NCBI RefSeq assembly: GCF_006345805.1
Contig: NW_021836660.1
Location: forward strand, 1-24,700
DNA: 24,700 nucleotides
Direction: 5' to 3'
From: Octopus sinensis
Lineage: Eukaryota
Shown: positions 11,095 to 20,736 of the stretch, one piece after another
Position numbering within the stretch: the stretch's first letter is position 1
How the letters are laid out: every line of letters begins with the position of its first letter
The notes under the pieces: model-generated
What the model saw: only the letters and a program-made list of their open reading frames with translations
The model's database searches: none
Told to the model about the DNA's origin: nothing
Program-made: the position numbers and the translations under genes

Positions 11095-11851
11095 ATTTAT
11101 ATATATATATACATACATATATGTATGTATTTATATATATATATACATATAGGTATGTATTTATATATATATATACATACATATAGGTATGTATTTATAT
11201 ATATATATACATACATACATATAGGTATGTATTTGTATATATATACATACATATATATGTATTTATATATATATATACATACATACATATAGGTATGTAT
11301 TTGTATATATATACATACATATATATGTATTTATATATATATATACATATATATATGTATTTATATATATATATATACGTGTATTTATATATATATACAT
11401 ACATATATATGTATGTATTTATTATATATATATATATACATATAATATATATGTATATATACATATATATATATATGTATATATACATATATACGTGTAT
11501 TTATATATATATATACATACATATATATGTATTTATATATATATATATATACATACATATTTATATATATATATATATACATACATATGTATTTATATAT
11601 ATATATATATATACATACATATTTATATATATATAATATACATACATATGTATTTATATATATATATATTATACATACATATGTATTATATATATATATA
11701 TATACATACATATGTATTTATATATATATATATATATAATATATATACATACATATATATGTATTTATATATATATACATACATATGTATTTATTATATA
11801 TATATATACATACATATGTATTTATTATATATATATTATATATATATATAC
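11036..11851. repeat. Long TA-rich compound minisatellite
   Basis: Same TACATACATATATATGTATTTA-type unit as 828-1373. Confidence 0.95.
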
Positions 11852-12314
11852 ATAATAGAAATATTAAAATTACTAAGTCTCTAAAAGAGAACAATGGCAG
11901 CGTTCCCGGAAAATATTAGTTATCGCCATACTAATATGGCATTCTTATAAAATAAGAATAAAGCTGACCGCTTATTAGCTCCATGAGGCCATCGCCTTAA
12001 GTTAGCTATTTGATACACAAACTGTATCCATATAACCTTTGAACAAGGGAGGTCAGTCGCTCCACACTACTTGGCCGGCAGCTACAGACGCGTTTCGGGG
12101 TATTGCCCCTTTTCAATGCAGCGTAGCCAAACCAGTAGGTGTCGCTTCCGACAATCTCTGTTCAAAGGTTTTATTTACCTAGCTTCAGTGGAATACATCC
12201 ACTTGTTTTCAATAATAGAAATATTAAAATTACTAAGTCTCTCTAAAAGAGAACAATGGCAGCGTTCCCGGAAAATATTAGTTATCGCCATACTAATATG
12301 GCATTCTTATAAAA
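11852..12314 (-). mobile_element. Non-coding hammerhead-containing element (retrozyme-like / solo PLE pseudo-LTR), ~360-nt monomer plus ~100-nt terminal redundancy
   Basis: 11852-11952 is directly repeated at 12212-12314; hammerhead at 12081-12122; many hairpins; no recognisable coding; TA-rich sequence on both sides. Confidence 0.7.
12081..12122 (-). ncRNA. Minimal type I hammerhead ribozyme, U3-A8 variant, palindromic stem III
   Basis: Minus strand reads GCUGCA-UUGAAAA-GGGG CAAUA CCCC-GAAA-CGCG-UC|UGUAGC: stem I 6 bp (one GU), stem II 4 GC pairs, ACGCGU palindrome, GUC site; predicted cut between 12087 and 12086. Confidence 0.8.
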
Positions 12315-12364
12315 ATATGCGTATTTATATATATATATGTATTTATATATATATACATATATAC

Positions 12365-12757
12365 ACTCTTTACTCTTTTACTTGTTTCAGTCATTTGACT
12401 GCGGCCATGCTGGAGCACCGCCTTTAGTCGAGCAAATCGACCCCGGGACTTATTCTTTGTAAGCCCAGTACTTATTTTATCGGTCTCTTTTGCCGAACCG
12501 CTAAGTGACGGGGACGTAAACACACCAGCATTGGTTGTCAAGCAATGCTAGAGGGACAAACACAGATACACAAACATATATACACACATACATATATATA
12601 TATACGACAGGCTTCTTTCAGTTTCCGTCTACCAAATCCATTGGTCGGCCCGTGGCTATAGCAGAAGACGCTTGACCAAGATGCCATGCAGTGGGACTGA
12701 ACCCGGAACCATGTGGTTGGTTAGCAAGCTACTTACCACACAGCCACTCCTGCACCT
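12365..12757 (-). mobile_element. tRNA-derived SINE (CORE-like, octopus OR-type), full length
   Basis: Minus-strand head GGAGTGGCTGTGTGGTAAG (A box) ... GGGTTCAGTCCC (B box), then a CORE-like CTTGGTCAAG segment; tail GAAACAAGTAAAAGAGTA; homologous to 20246-20620. Confidence 0.85.
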
Positions 12758-12771
12758 ATATATACATATAC

Positions 12772-12803
<32 letters not shown>

Positions 12804-12830
12804 AATACATATATATGTGTATATATATAT

Positions 12831-12926
12831 ACAAAGAATAAGTCCCGGGGTCGATTTGCTCGACTAAAGGTGGTGCTCCAGCATGGCCGCAGTTAAATGA
12901 CTGAAACAAGTAAAAGAGTAAGAGTA
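12831..12926 (+). mobile_element. 3' fragment of the same SINE
   Basis: ACAAAGAATAAGTCCCGGGGTCG...AAGTAAAAGAGTA; inverted relative to 12365-12460. Confidence 0.85.
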
Positions 12927-12939
12927 TATGTATATATAT

Positions 12940-14170
12940 ATGTTGCGGCCAAAATGTTCAGAATGGCATTGTTTTCGTCAGAAAAGTAGGTATAAGTTTT
13001 TATCAAAGTTGCTTTATATTCTATAATTTTCACAGACAATAAATACGATATTAATTATTATTGTCGGAGATTTTGGTGTAATTTGAGAGGATATTACAAA
13101 AGTTATGGATGATTTAGTGATTTACTGCAAAACCCATGGCGGCCAAAATGATCAGAACGGTTGAAAAAAATAACAAAATAATCAAAAATGACAGAGAATA
13201 CTGGAATTATTTAATATTTAGTGTGAAGCCCTTTAGCTTCAATTACACTTTGACATCTTCAACTGTATGAGGAAATTTAGTTTTCAATTTCTTGCTGGGT
13301 GATCTTATTCCATAATTGCTCGGTTGTTTTAGGGTTTCTGGCTTTCGAACGTTCTCCTAGAATATTCCACACATTTTCAATAGGATTGAGATCTGGGTTT
13401 TGAGCAGGCCAATCCATAACAATAATCTTTTCATCCTTGAGAAAGTTCATGACCACCTTAGCCTTGTGACATGGGGCATTGTCCTGCGTGAATATGGGTG
13501 GTCGCTTAGTTGAATTTCTCAGCACAGGCAAGACATGATCTTTTACAAGTTGTTTATAAACTCCTGCATTTACCTTTCCATGTAATCGCACCAAAGGGCC
13601 CACACCATCTCCCAAACCATGACACTTCCTCCACCGAATTTAACACTAGTCTTAAGGCATTTAGGCGACAATTTTTCACCTACTTTTCGATGAACGTATC
13701 TTTTCCCATCTGAGCCAAATAACATAAACTTAGATTCATCACGGAAATGCACTGTTTGCCATTTTTCTTGAGACCACAACACATGTTCGGTTGCAAAGGT
13801 AAGACGACACTTTTTATTCTTGGAGTTGATCAGTGGCTTCACTGCAGGTGATCTTGCTTGTAGGTTATGTTCAACTAAACGACGAGACAGTTTTTCGAGA
13901 TAAAGTTTTCTTCAGTACAATGCTCATTTACTGAGAAACAGCAGCAGCAGTTTTAAATCTGTCCTTTTTAACCAACTTTACCATAGCACGATCTTCTCTC
14001 TTGGACGCTTTTGTATTGTCCTCTCAAATTACACAAAAATCTCAGACAATAACAATTAATATCGTATTTATTGTGTGTGAAAATTATAGAAACTAAAACA
14101 ACTTTGATAAAAACTTATACCTACTTTTCTGACAAAAACAATGCCGTTCTGAACATTTTGGCCGCAACTG
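12940..14170 (-). mobile_element. Tc1-family (DD34E) DNA transposon relic with IR/DR-type TIRs
   Basis: TIR (CA)GTTGCGGCCAAAATGTTCAGAA at both ends (12942-13101 vs 14008-14170), TA flanks; transposase pieces DESKF, QDNAP and PDLNPIENVW with 34 residues between D and E; frameshift near 13600; N-terminus deleted. Confidence 0.92.
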
Positions 14171-14268
14171 TACATATACATACATATTGATATTGATATT
14201 AATAACTTCACAGCACACATTCTACGCCATAGTAACAACAACCAAAGATGGTGCTATGGCCTTTTCTT

Positions 14269-16186
14269 GGTTAATATAGGGCGTAACAAATATCAGAAAA
14301 TCAAAAAAAAAATGTGTGTAATAGGTGTAAAACAACTTCCTATGAACGAATATGAAAAAAAAAATTCGCGCACGCGAAAGGGGGGTGGGGGAGAGGCCTC
14401 GGAAAATTCACATCGGGAAGTTCCGAAAGCGTCTGAGGGGCTGAGCCGGGCACCAAAACAAAAAAAAATAGTGTAATATGTGTAAAACAACTTGCTCTAA
14501 ACGAATATGAAAAAAAAAATGCGCTCTCGAGAAAGAGGGGGGGGGAGAGGCCTCGGAATATTTATATCGGGAATTTCCGAAAGCGTCTGAACCGGGCACA
14601 AAAACAAAAACAGCGTAATAGGTGTAAAACAACTTGCTCTAAACGACTATCATGAAAAAAATGCGCGCTCGCGAAAGGGGGGTGGGGGAGAGGCTTCGGA
14701 AATTTCACATCTTCAGTCCACGGCCTTTAAACTAAGAAAAAATAGTGTAATTGGTGTAAAACTACTTGTTCTAAACGAGTATGAAGAACACACACTCACA
14801 CATGAATCATAAACTCCGTATTTCGCAAAAAAAAAAAAAATAAAGAGAAGAAATTCTGGAAAAAGTGAAGAAATGTTGGATCTCCGCCATGTGAATCAAA
14901 ATACGTGTCAGAAACATCTTGAAATACTACAGAAATTATGTTACGAAAATGATAATGTATACATACCTCTTTGAGTGGTCCATCGATAATGATGATAAAG
15001 AAATGAGTTGGATTTGAACTCAGAATATTGACTAACACACACTACATACTACAAGACTCAAAATATTCAGCCAAGTCACCACCCTTTAACTAGCAATAAT
15101 AACAACATCAATAACATAACAGCCAAAAGATTTATTTGTTCTGAAAATAACAATCATAGTAAATAAATATGTTCTTTAATATTCACATTCATGTGCACAG
15201 TTAAACAACTTACATACAAACAGTCACGCATGCATAATACAGAACGGAACACATAAATGAAGGATGCATTACTTAGTATATATTACATCTAGAGAATTTT
15301 GATTAATAAGTCAAATATGCAAATTATAAAGATAATTAATTGCTTTACTAAACAGTGTTGTAAAGGTGAAAAAATAAATTTGGGAAAAAAATACACAGCC
15401 AAAACTAATTAATAAAGGATAATTAGGAAGGATTGACACAAAATAATAATTTTTTCTGTCTCTTTTTTTCTGATAATGCATCTTAATAAGTGAGAAGAAT
15501 TGCATATATCTGAACTATTTCAAAGAAAAGCATAAATTTAATGTTTAAAATAGCTTTAACCAAGGAATGAGATCCAACATTTCTTCACTTTTTCCAGAAT
15601 TTCTTCTCTTTATTTTTTTTTTTTGCGAAATACGGAGTTTATGATTCATGTGTGAGTATGTGTTCTTGATACTCGTTTAGAACAAGTAGTTTTACACCAA
15701 TTACACTATTTTTTCTTAGTTTAAAGGCCGTGGACTGAAGATGTGAAATTTCCGAAGCCTCTCCCCCACCCCCCATTCGCGAGCGCGCATTTTTTTCATG
15801 ATAGTCGTTTAGAGCAAGTTGTTTTACACCTATTACGCTGTTTTTGTTTTTGTGCCCGGTTCAGACGCTTTCGGAAATTCCCGATATAAATATTCCGAGG
15901 CCTCTCCCCCCCACCCCTCTTTCTCGAGAGCGCATTTTTTTTTGTCATATTCGTTTAGAGCAAGTTGTTTTACACATATTACACTATTTTTTTTTTGTTT
16001 TGGTGCCCGGGTCAGCTCCTCAGACGCTTTCGGAACTTCCCGATGTGAATTTTCCGAGGCCTCTCCCCCCCCCCTTTCGCGTGCGCGAATTTTTTTTTTC
16101 ATATTCGTTCATAGGAAGTTGTTTTACACCTATTACACACATTTTTTTTTTTGATTTTCTGATATTTGTTACGCCCTATATTAACC
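14269..16186. mobile_element. Foldback-type non-autonomous element with ~615-bp modular TIRs
   Basis: 14269-14884 is the reverse complement of 15569-16186; each arm has ~3.3 subrepeats of 130-155 bp (starts ~14316, 14471, 14613, 14745); ends TTAATATAGGGCG / CGCCCTATATTAA; AT-rich non-coding spacer. Confidence 0.8.
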
Positions 16187-16260
16187 CTTTTCTTTGATAA
16201 TATCTTTCTTACTTATTTAAATTCAGTTCAATGCACACTTGCCTTGAACCAACCACTTCT

Positions 16261-16380
16261 CTTTGTGTGTGTGTGTTCTTGATAATCGTTTAGAACAAGT
16301 AGTTTTACACCAATTACACTATTTTTTCCCCCCGGGTCAAACACTATAGTTTAAAGGCCATGGACTGAAGATGTGAATTT
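16261..16380. repeat. Extra partial copy of the inner foldback TIR segment
   Basis: Matches ~15655-15750 (TCGTTTAGAACAAGTAGTTTTACACCAATTACAC ... GGACTGAAGATGTGAA). Confidence 0.75.
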
Positions 16381-16430
16381 TTTTTCTTCTTGTTTTTGTG
16401 CAATGAAATAATAGTTTAACCATACAGAGC

Positions 16431-16600
16431 CCTTACCTGTCGACCAAGGCGGGATGAGCGATCACTGCCCTTATCGTGAAGAAAAACAGGGTCCTGCCAC
16501 ACTTGCCGTCTCTTATTGGACTGCACCGACGTGTTTCCTGTCCGCGCATGCGCCCGTTGCTCTTTCGCCGGCGCCTGCATCTCTTCACTTCCGTTTACCT
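16431..16600 (-). promoter_or_regulatory. Putative CpG-rich promoter and first exon with splice donor
   Basis: Minus-strand CAG|GTAAG donor (exon end 16437), CCAAT (16515-16519), NRF1-like GCGCATGCGC (16544-16553), ETS-like CGGAAGTG (16586-16593) in a non-repetitive CpG-rich patch. Confidence 0.5.
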
Positions 16601-17120
16601 CAATATGCAATCCTCATGACCATCACCCCAGAGCTCATTACAGCCCATAACACCATACATACGCTTTTAGAAGACCAAACTTTGTGCGCACGAGTTTGAG
16701 GAGCTTTACGATGGTACAACATCGTGACTAGTCGATCCTACAACGACTACTTTGAAAGTAAATAACACAATGTAAGGATCGACTAGTCATAGCTGGCGTG
16801 TGTGTGTGTGCTTTTTGGCTGTGTATGTGTGTGCTTGTTCTCGTGTGTGTGCTTCTTCTTGTCTCTGTGTGTGTATGTGTGTGCGAGCGTGCTTGTTCTT
16901 GTCTGTCTGTTTTTACGTATTTCCGTGGGTTGTGGAGTATAGTAGATATAACGAAATTATGCCAGCAATGTCTCATTTTAAACTTGAAGAAAAAAAGCCT
17001 TGCATATTTGTTCTTCCCTGTTTCATGTGTGTATATAAAATTTGCGAATTTCCAAGCAGAAAACAGAATCGAAGTTTATGCATCGCAAATATCAGAAAAC
17101 CAGAATGCCTTATCAGTTAT

Positions 17121-17315
17121 ACTACTCTTTTACTTGTTTCAGTCATTTGACTGTGGCCGTGCTGGAGCACCGCCATTTGGTCGAGCGGGTCGACCCCAGG
17201 ACTTGTTCTTCGTAGGCCTAGTACTTGTTCTGTCCGTCTCTTTTGCCGAACCGCTTGTTTGCGGGGACGTAAACACACCAGCATCGGTTGTCAAGCGATG
17301 CTGGGGGCAAACACA
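17121..17315 (-). mobile_element. SINE 3' half (same family as 12365-12757)
   Basis: TACTCTTTTACTTGTTTCAGTCATTTGACTG...GGGGACGTAAACACACC. Confidence 0.85.
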
Positions 17316-17330
17316 CATATATATATATAT

Positions 17331-17486
17331 GGTGTGTTTACGTCCCCATAACTTGGCGGTTCGGCTGGGAAAACCGATAGACTACGTACTACGTTTGCAA
17401 AGGGTGGGTCCTGGGGTTGATTTGCTCGACTAGAGGTGGTGCTCCAGCGTGGCCGCAGTTAACTGACTGAAACAAGTAAAAGAGTA
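17331..17486 (+). mobile_element. SINE 3' half, inverted partner of 17121-17315
   Basis: GGTGTGTTTACGTCCCC...GAAACAAGTAAAAGAGTA. Confidence 0.85.
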
Positions 17487-17570
17487 AAAAAAGAGAGTCT
17501 CAACAGATAAAGTGAAAACTCCCGGAATGCTTCATGTATGTGTACAAATGAATGTGTGTGTGTGTGTGAA

Positions 17571-18540
17571 TCATCATCGTCGTCATGGTTTAACGTCCGC
17601 TTTCCATGTTAGCATGGGTTGGACGATTTTGACTGAGGGCTGGCGAACCAGATGGCTGCACCAGGCTCCACTCTTGATCTGGCAAAGTTTCTACAGCTGG
17701 ATGCCCTTCCTAACGCCAGCCACTCTGAGAATGTAGTGGGTGCTTTTTACATCCCACCGGCATGGGGGCCAGTCAGGCGGTACTGGCAATAACCTCGCTC
17801 AAATCTTTTACACATGTCACTGGCACAGGTTCCAGTAAGGTGACGTTGGTAATGATCACACTCAAATGGTGCCCCTTTATGTGGCACCGGCACGGAAGCC
17901 AGTTGGCTGCTCTGGCAACGATCACGCACGGATGGTGCTCTTGGCTCTCTAGTAGCACGGGCACAAGTGCCAGTAAGGCAACACTGGTAACGATCACACT
18001 CGAATGGTGCCCCTTTTATGTGCCACTGGCACGGAAGCTGGTTGGCTGCTCTGGCAACGATCATGCATGGATGGTGCTCTTGGCACCCTACTGGCACAGG
18101 CACAAGTGCCAGTAAGACAACACAGGTAACGATCACACCCGAACAGTGTCCTTTTATGTGCCACTGGCACGGAAGCCAGTTGGCTGCTCTGGCAACGATC
18201 ATGCATGGATGGTGCTCTTGGCACCCTACTAGCACGGGCACAAGTGCCAGTAAGACAACACAGGTAACGATCACACTCGAATAATGTCCTTTTATGTGCC
18301 ACTGGCACGGAAGCTGGTTGGCTGCTCTGGCAACGATCATGCATGGATGGTGCTCTTGGCACCCTACTAGCACGGGCACAAGTGCCAGTAAGGCAACGCT
18401 GGTAACGATCACACTCGAATGGTGCCAATTTATGTGCCACTGGTACGGAAGCCGGTTAACCACACTGTCAACGGTCACACTCGTATGGTGCTCTCGGCAC
18501 CCTACTAGCATGGACGCCAGTCATCGAATTTGATTTTGAT
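17571..18540 (-). mobile_element. RTE 3' UTR variant with expanded module array (~140-bp dimeric period)
   Basis: (GAT)n tail at 17571, GGATGCCCTTCCTAACGCC motif at ~17700, then about ten ~70-bp modules alternating two types over 17860-18510. Confidence 0.8.
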
Positions 18541-18924
18541 TGTATGTGTATGTGTATAAGCTGTCTTCACATCATGATAGTTTGACTGTCACTGTCAGTC
18601 AAGCAGCATTCTGTTTCCAATCTTCTGTGTAAATATTTCCAGCCACGGAGAAATATCAGCTAGATTGGAAACAGGTGATGTTTGGTGACCAGAAGCACAT
18701 CTTCTAGAAATGATGATGATGATAACCAAACACTAGTGACATCACTGATATATGAGATTATGTCTTAAATCTATTGTTGTATTTAGGAATGGTCATTTTG
18801 CCAGTTTAGCCAATAAAAACACACGCACTATATATTTGGTGTTAATTTGCTTCAGCGTTATTTATTTTTTACATTAATCTCAATCTTATTTCGGCAAGAG
18901 TTTTTTCGTCACACTTCTATGACC

Positions 18925-19028
18925 TAAAGCATGTATCTGACTCATACACTGTTCGCTTCCCAGACATTTGTACATTACTGCATATGCTTTATACGTGCTT
19001 TTGACAAGTTGTGGTGCACCTGAGCACT
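18925..19028 (+). mobile_element. LINE 3'-end fragment (probably CR1/L2 type)
   Basis: Homologous to the reverse complement of ~21995-22100 (TTGACAAGTTGTGGTGCACCTGAGCACTG). Confidence 0.5.
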
Positions 19029-19245
19029 GGCAGAAACGTTAGCACGCTGGCTGAAATGCGTAGCTGTATTTCGTCTGTCCTTACGTTCTGAGATCAAATT
19101 CCGCCGAGGTCGACTTTCTCTTTCATCCTTTCGGGGTCGATAAATTAAGTAATAGTTACGCACTGGGGTTAATGTAATTGACTTAATCCCTTTGTCTGTT
19201 CTTGTTTGTCCCCTCTGTGTTTAGCCCCTTGTGGGCAATAAAGGA
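19029..19245 (+). mobile_element. Second tRNA-derived SINE family
   Basis: GGCAGAAACGTTAG (A-box-like), GAGATCAAATTCC (B-box-like), central TTTCATCCTTTCGGGGTCGATAAATTAAGTA segment resembling conserved metazoan SINE body domains. Confidence 0.6.
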
Positions 19246-19387
19246 ATATATTACTTTTATTATTATTATCATTATTATTATTTTCATTATTATAAAATTG
19301 CAGTTCTGTATGTACGCAGAGATGTGCACTTTTTTTCATTTTAGCAAGAGAATGATTTATGAGAATGCCCATGACCGGCTGAATGCA

Positions 19388-19518
19388 CATCATCATCATC
19401 GTTTAACGTCCGTTCTCCATGCTAGCATGGGTTGGACGGCTCAACCGGGGATCTGGGAAGCCAGAAGGCTGCACCAGGCTCCAGTCTTATCTGGCAATGT
19501 TTCTACAGCTGGATGCCC
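19388..19518 (-). mobile_element. Short RTE 3'-terminal fragment
   Basis: CATCATCATC tail, CCATGCTAGCATGGGTTGGACGG, ends at CTGGATGCCC. Confidence 0.85.
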
Positions 19519-19533
19519 ATCATAAAATAGAGA

Positions 19534-19949
19534 GGATCTTTTCCATTTGCACGGCAGTTTTTAACATAATTTCTTGGTAACTAAAAAAAATTTAAACTTC
19601 GTATACTGGTAGGATGTGTTTATAAAACATCTTTTTCTCTTGGCTTTATTGAGAAAATTCTATAGTTTGTAAGATATTTGTTGGTTTTTTTCTTCAATTT
19701 CTGCAATTTCAACCAATCACTGATGTCTATTGAGGTAAGAAAAAACATTCTGTGCCGTATGAATATGTCCCTCGTTTAAGAAACAGACTGGGTTTATTTA
19801 CATTTGTGAAGAAAAAAAGATATCCTTCCCCCCCCCCCCCAACCCTAAAATAGATTGAAATGCAATAGATCGATACTAGGGTCATAATTATGGGTGACAA
19901 TTTCATATGACACCGCTAGAAAAAACTGCCGTTCAAACCGAAAAGATCC
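19534..19949. mobile_element. MITE with ~29-bp TIRs and 8-bp TSD
   Basis: TIR GGATCTTTTCCATTTGCACGGCAGTTTTT versus GGATCTTTTCGGTTTGAACGGCAGTTTTT (right end, reverse complement); TSD AATAGAGA at 19526-19533 and 19950-19957. Confidence 0.85.
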
Positions 19950-20099
19950 AATAGAGATAATGCTACAAGCAAACCAAATAAGTAGTAGTAGTAGTAGTAG
20001 TTCATTTTTGGTTCATATCATTTTTCTCTAATCCCCACAATTAGTAAGTCTAGGATCAAGTTTAACAACTAAGTCTTTTGAGGAATGAGTCACCTAGAC

Positions 20100-20166
20100 C
20101 AGTGATGTCCAACCTTTTTCGCACCACACTGATTTCATGCAAGACAAGTTTTTCTATAGACTAGGG
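20100..20166 (+). mobile_element. hAT/Charlie-like terminal fragment
   Basis: CAGTGATGTCCAACCTTTTT...CATGCAAGACAAGTTTTTC resembles MER1-type ends as I recall them, preceded by ACCTAGAC (NTCTAGAN-like target). No second end found. Confidence 0.4.
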
Positions 20167-20245
20167 TATCACACACATAACACAATAAAATGCATGATGC
20201 ATAATTTAAGTATTACATATATATTACATTTTTAATACATATATT

Positions 20246-20620
20246 AGGAGGCTGTGTGGTAAGTAGCTTGCTTATGAACCACATGGTTCCGGGTTCAGTC
20301 TCACTGCGTGGCACCTTGGGCGAGTGTCTTCTGCTATAGCCTCGGGCCGACCAAAACCTTGTGAGTGGATTTGGTAGACGGAAACTGAAAGAAGCCCGTC
20401 GTATATATATACATATGTGTGTATCTGTTTGTCCCCCCAACATCGCTTGACAACTGATGCTGGTGTATTTACCTCCCCGTAACTTAGCGGTTCGGCAAAA
20501 GAGTCCGATAGAATAAGTACTAGGCTTACAAAGAATAAGTCCTGGGGTCGATTCGTTCGACTAAAAGGCGGTGCTCCAGCATGGCCACAGTCAAATGACT
20601 GAAACAAGTAAAAGAGTATA
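20246..20620 (+). mobile_element. tRNA-derived CORE-like SINE, full length
   Basis: GGCTGTGTGGTAAG A box, GGGTTCAGTC B box, GGCACCTTGGGCGAGT CORE-like motif, AAGTAAAAGAGTA tail. Confidence 0.85.
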
Positions 20621-20736
20621 TAATACAAAAACACCTTACAGACTGCAATAGTCAATAAAATAGAAATAAAACTTTTAAAATTTATTTATTTTTTGTATTC
20701 CAGTGTCAAATGATTTAAATATGTATTAAATAATGA

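Noticed and set aside
16416-16699. Short ORFs over the CpG-rich patch
   Set aside because: No recognisable protein features; better explained as promoter or 5' UTR.
16798-17433. 211-aa ORF
   Set aside because: Made of (TG)n repeat plus antisense SINE sequence.
19978-20001. (AGT)n run
   Set aside because: Ordinary short microsatellite.
20246-20310. tRNA gene
   Set aside because: A/B boxes belong to a SINE head; no full cloverleaf, and it continues into SINE body.
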